A stretch of 64,000 bases of DNA from Hormiphora californensis. Its lineage: Eukaryota; Animalia; Ctenophora. The stretch covers positions 3,658,001-3,722,000 of the forward strand of contig CM035353.1 in assembly GCA_020137815.1 (NCBI GenBank), read 5' to 3'. The notes under the pieces were generated by a model that saw nothing but the letters and a program-made list of their open reading frames with translations, ran no database searches and had not been told where the DNA came from. The position numbers were made by a program, and so were the translations under genes. Positions 62,807 through 64,000 of this stretch are shown here, piece by piece (within the stretch, counting starts at the first letter, position 1; every line of letters begins with the position of its first letter).

Positions 62807-63790
62807 AATATCGGTAGGCGGACTCTAGTGCTACACTCTAAGTCTATAACAGTGGACTCTATATCTACCCCCATAAGAATTTCGCGTGGAGAAACCTGAT
62901 TCCTCCAGGCAATTCGCTGCACGAAAAAAGGCGATTCTCCAGGAGAATCACTGGTTTTTACCTGGAGAATACAGAATTCGCAAAGCTTTTAGCGCAGTTG
63001 AAATCTTAACAAGCCAATTATCCCAGTAAAAATATTGTCGATAATAATATGTAGACTTTTACAATATTAATAAATGTCACATTACTAAATTGGACCCGAT
63101 TGTGATTAAATTAAAGGGTTAATTTTTTGAATGTGTCATTGAACTGCGCTAAAAGCTTCGCAAATTCTGTATTCTCCAGGTAAAAACCAGTGATTATCCT
63201 GGAGAATCGCCTTTTTTCCGTTTTCGTGCAGCGAATTGCCTGGAGGAATCAGGTTTCTCCACGCGAAATTATTATGGGGGTAAATTTAGATTTAGATAAA
63301 GAGTCCAAATAAGTCTAAACTCTAGGAGGACTCTATATCTAAAAAGTCTACACAGGGCGGACTCTTTATCTAAAAAGTCTACAAAGGGCGGACTCTATAT
63401 CTACATAAATCTAAATTAGACAGAGTCCGCCATTATCAGCGAACTCGAGATTTCGGCCATTAGGCCGGAAACGAGAGTTTGCTGTACCTCTATACTTGTT
63501 TAGAAGTGTTAGGGCCATTATTTGGGTTCGAGGTTAGGGTTAGGGTGGGGGTTAGGGTTAGGTTTTGGGTTGGTTTAGGATTTTAGACATAGAGTCCGGG
63601 TTGGGGGATTTGGCGCCAAAATGTACCAGGGGACTCTATGTCTAAAAAGTCTACACAGGGCGGACTCTATGTCTAAAAAATTGGGCGGACTCTTTATCTA
63701 AACTTTTTTGAAAGTATAACTGTAGATAAAGAGTCCGCCTTGAATTTAGATAAAGAGTCCGTTAGCACTAGAGTCCGCCCACCGTAATAT
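62807..63790. mobile_element. MITE with GACTCTWTATCTA repeats and GGGTTA-like tract, containing a nested foldback at ~62868-63280
   Basis: GGCGGACTCTAGTGCTA / TAGCACTAGAGTCCGCC termini; nested arms CCCCCATAA...TTATGGGGG. Confidence 0.75.
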
Positions 63791-64000
63791 CATGCAGTTG
63801 AATATTTTACCAAAACATGATAGTAGGGACGATAGTGTCAGTCAATGTCAGGGATTTTAAAATTTCCCTATTCAAGTGTCCGGGGAGCCTCTCCCGAGTA
63901 AAATGCGACCAATTAGAGCTCCCAATCTTTTCTCGTTCTCTAATTATTCGTGATTATGCTAATTATGACGTCATCAGCAACTACCAGAAATCTACATCTT

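Noticed and set aside
63530-63580. Interstitial telomere (TTAGGG)
   Set aside because: Only a few degenerate units, internal to a MITE

Overview
Eukaryotic, intron-rich, repeat-dense animal DNA; not prokaryotic and no CRISPR array. The gene families and one ~108-bp repeat (translating as EPTETSKQPIRTR...GHVTGYQPIRDQYF) suggest a ctenophore, probably Pleurobrachia; this is from recall and unverified. Hand-spliced GT-AG gene models: (1) a secreted protein with three fucolectin/F5-8C-like domains plus a Sushi-like exon (+, 15678-24321, 3' end unresolved); (2) a convergent secreted C-type lectin with a two-exon PAN/Apple module inserted inside its first domain (-, 31440 to ~25760); (3) a 10-exon, 465-aa stand-alone condensation-domain/CoA-acyltransferase with HHAITD (-, 43639-39146); (4) a divergent ammonium transporter that keeps the twin His, appears to have lost the Phe gate, and splices in frame into a ~400-aa Lys/Ser/Arg-rich tail (-, 54932-45487, 822 aa); plus two GPCR fragments and possible INTS10-like exons. 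Mobile DNA includes a near-complete CR1/L2-group LINE, an internally deleted LINE with an NPGP (2A-like) motif, a 5'-truncated CRE-type element whose empty site is also in the window, an ORF1-only LINE derivative, and many nested MITEs. Several stretches (about 8.6-9.2, 24.4-25.9, 31.45-31.95, 53.6-54.0 and 59.3-59.9 kb) look like error-rich consensus. All alignments were made by eye.
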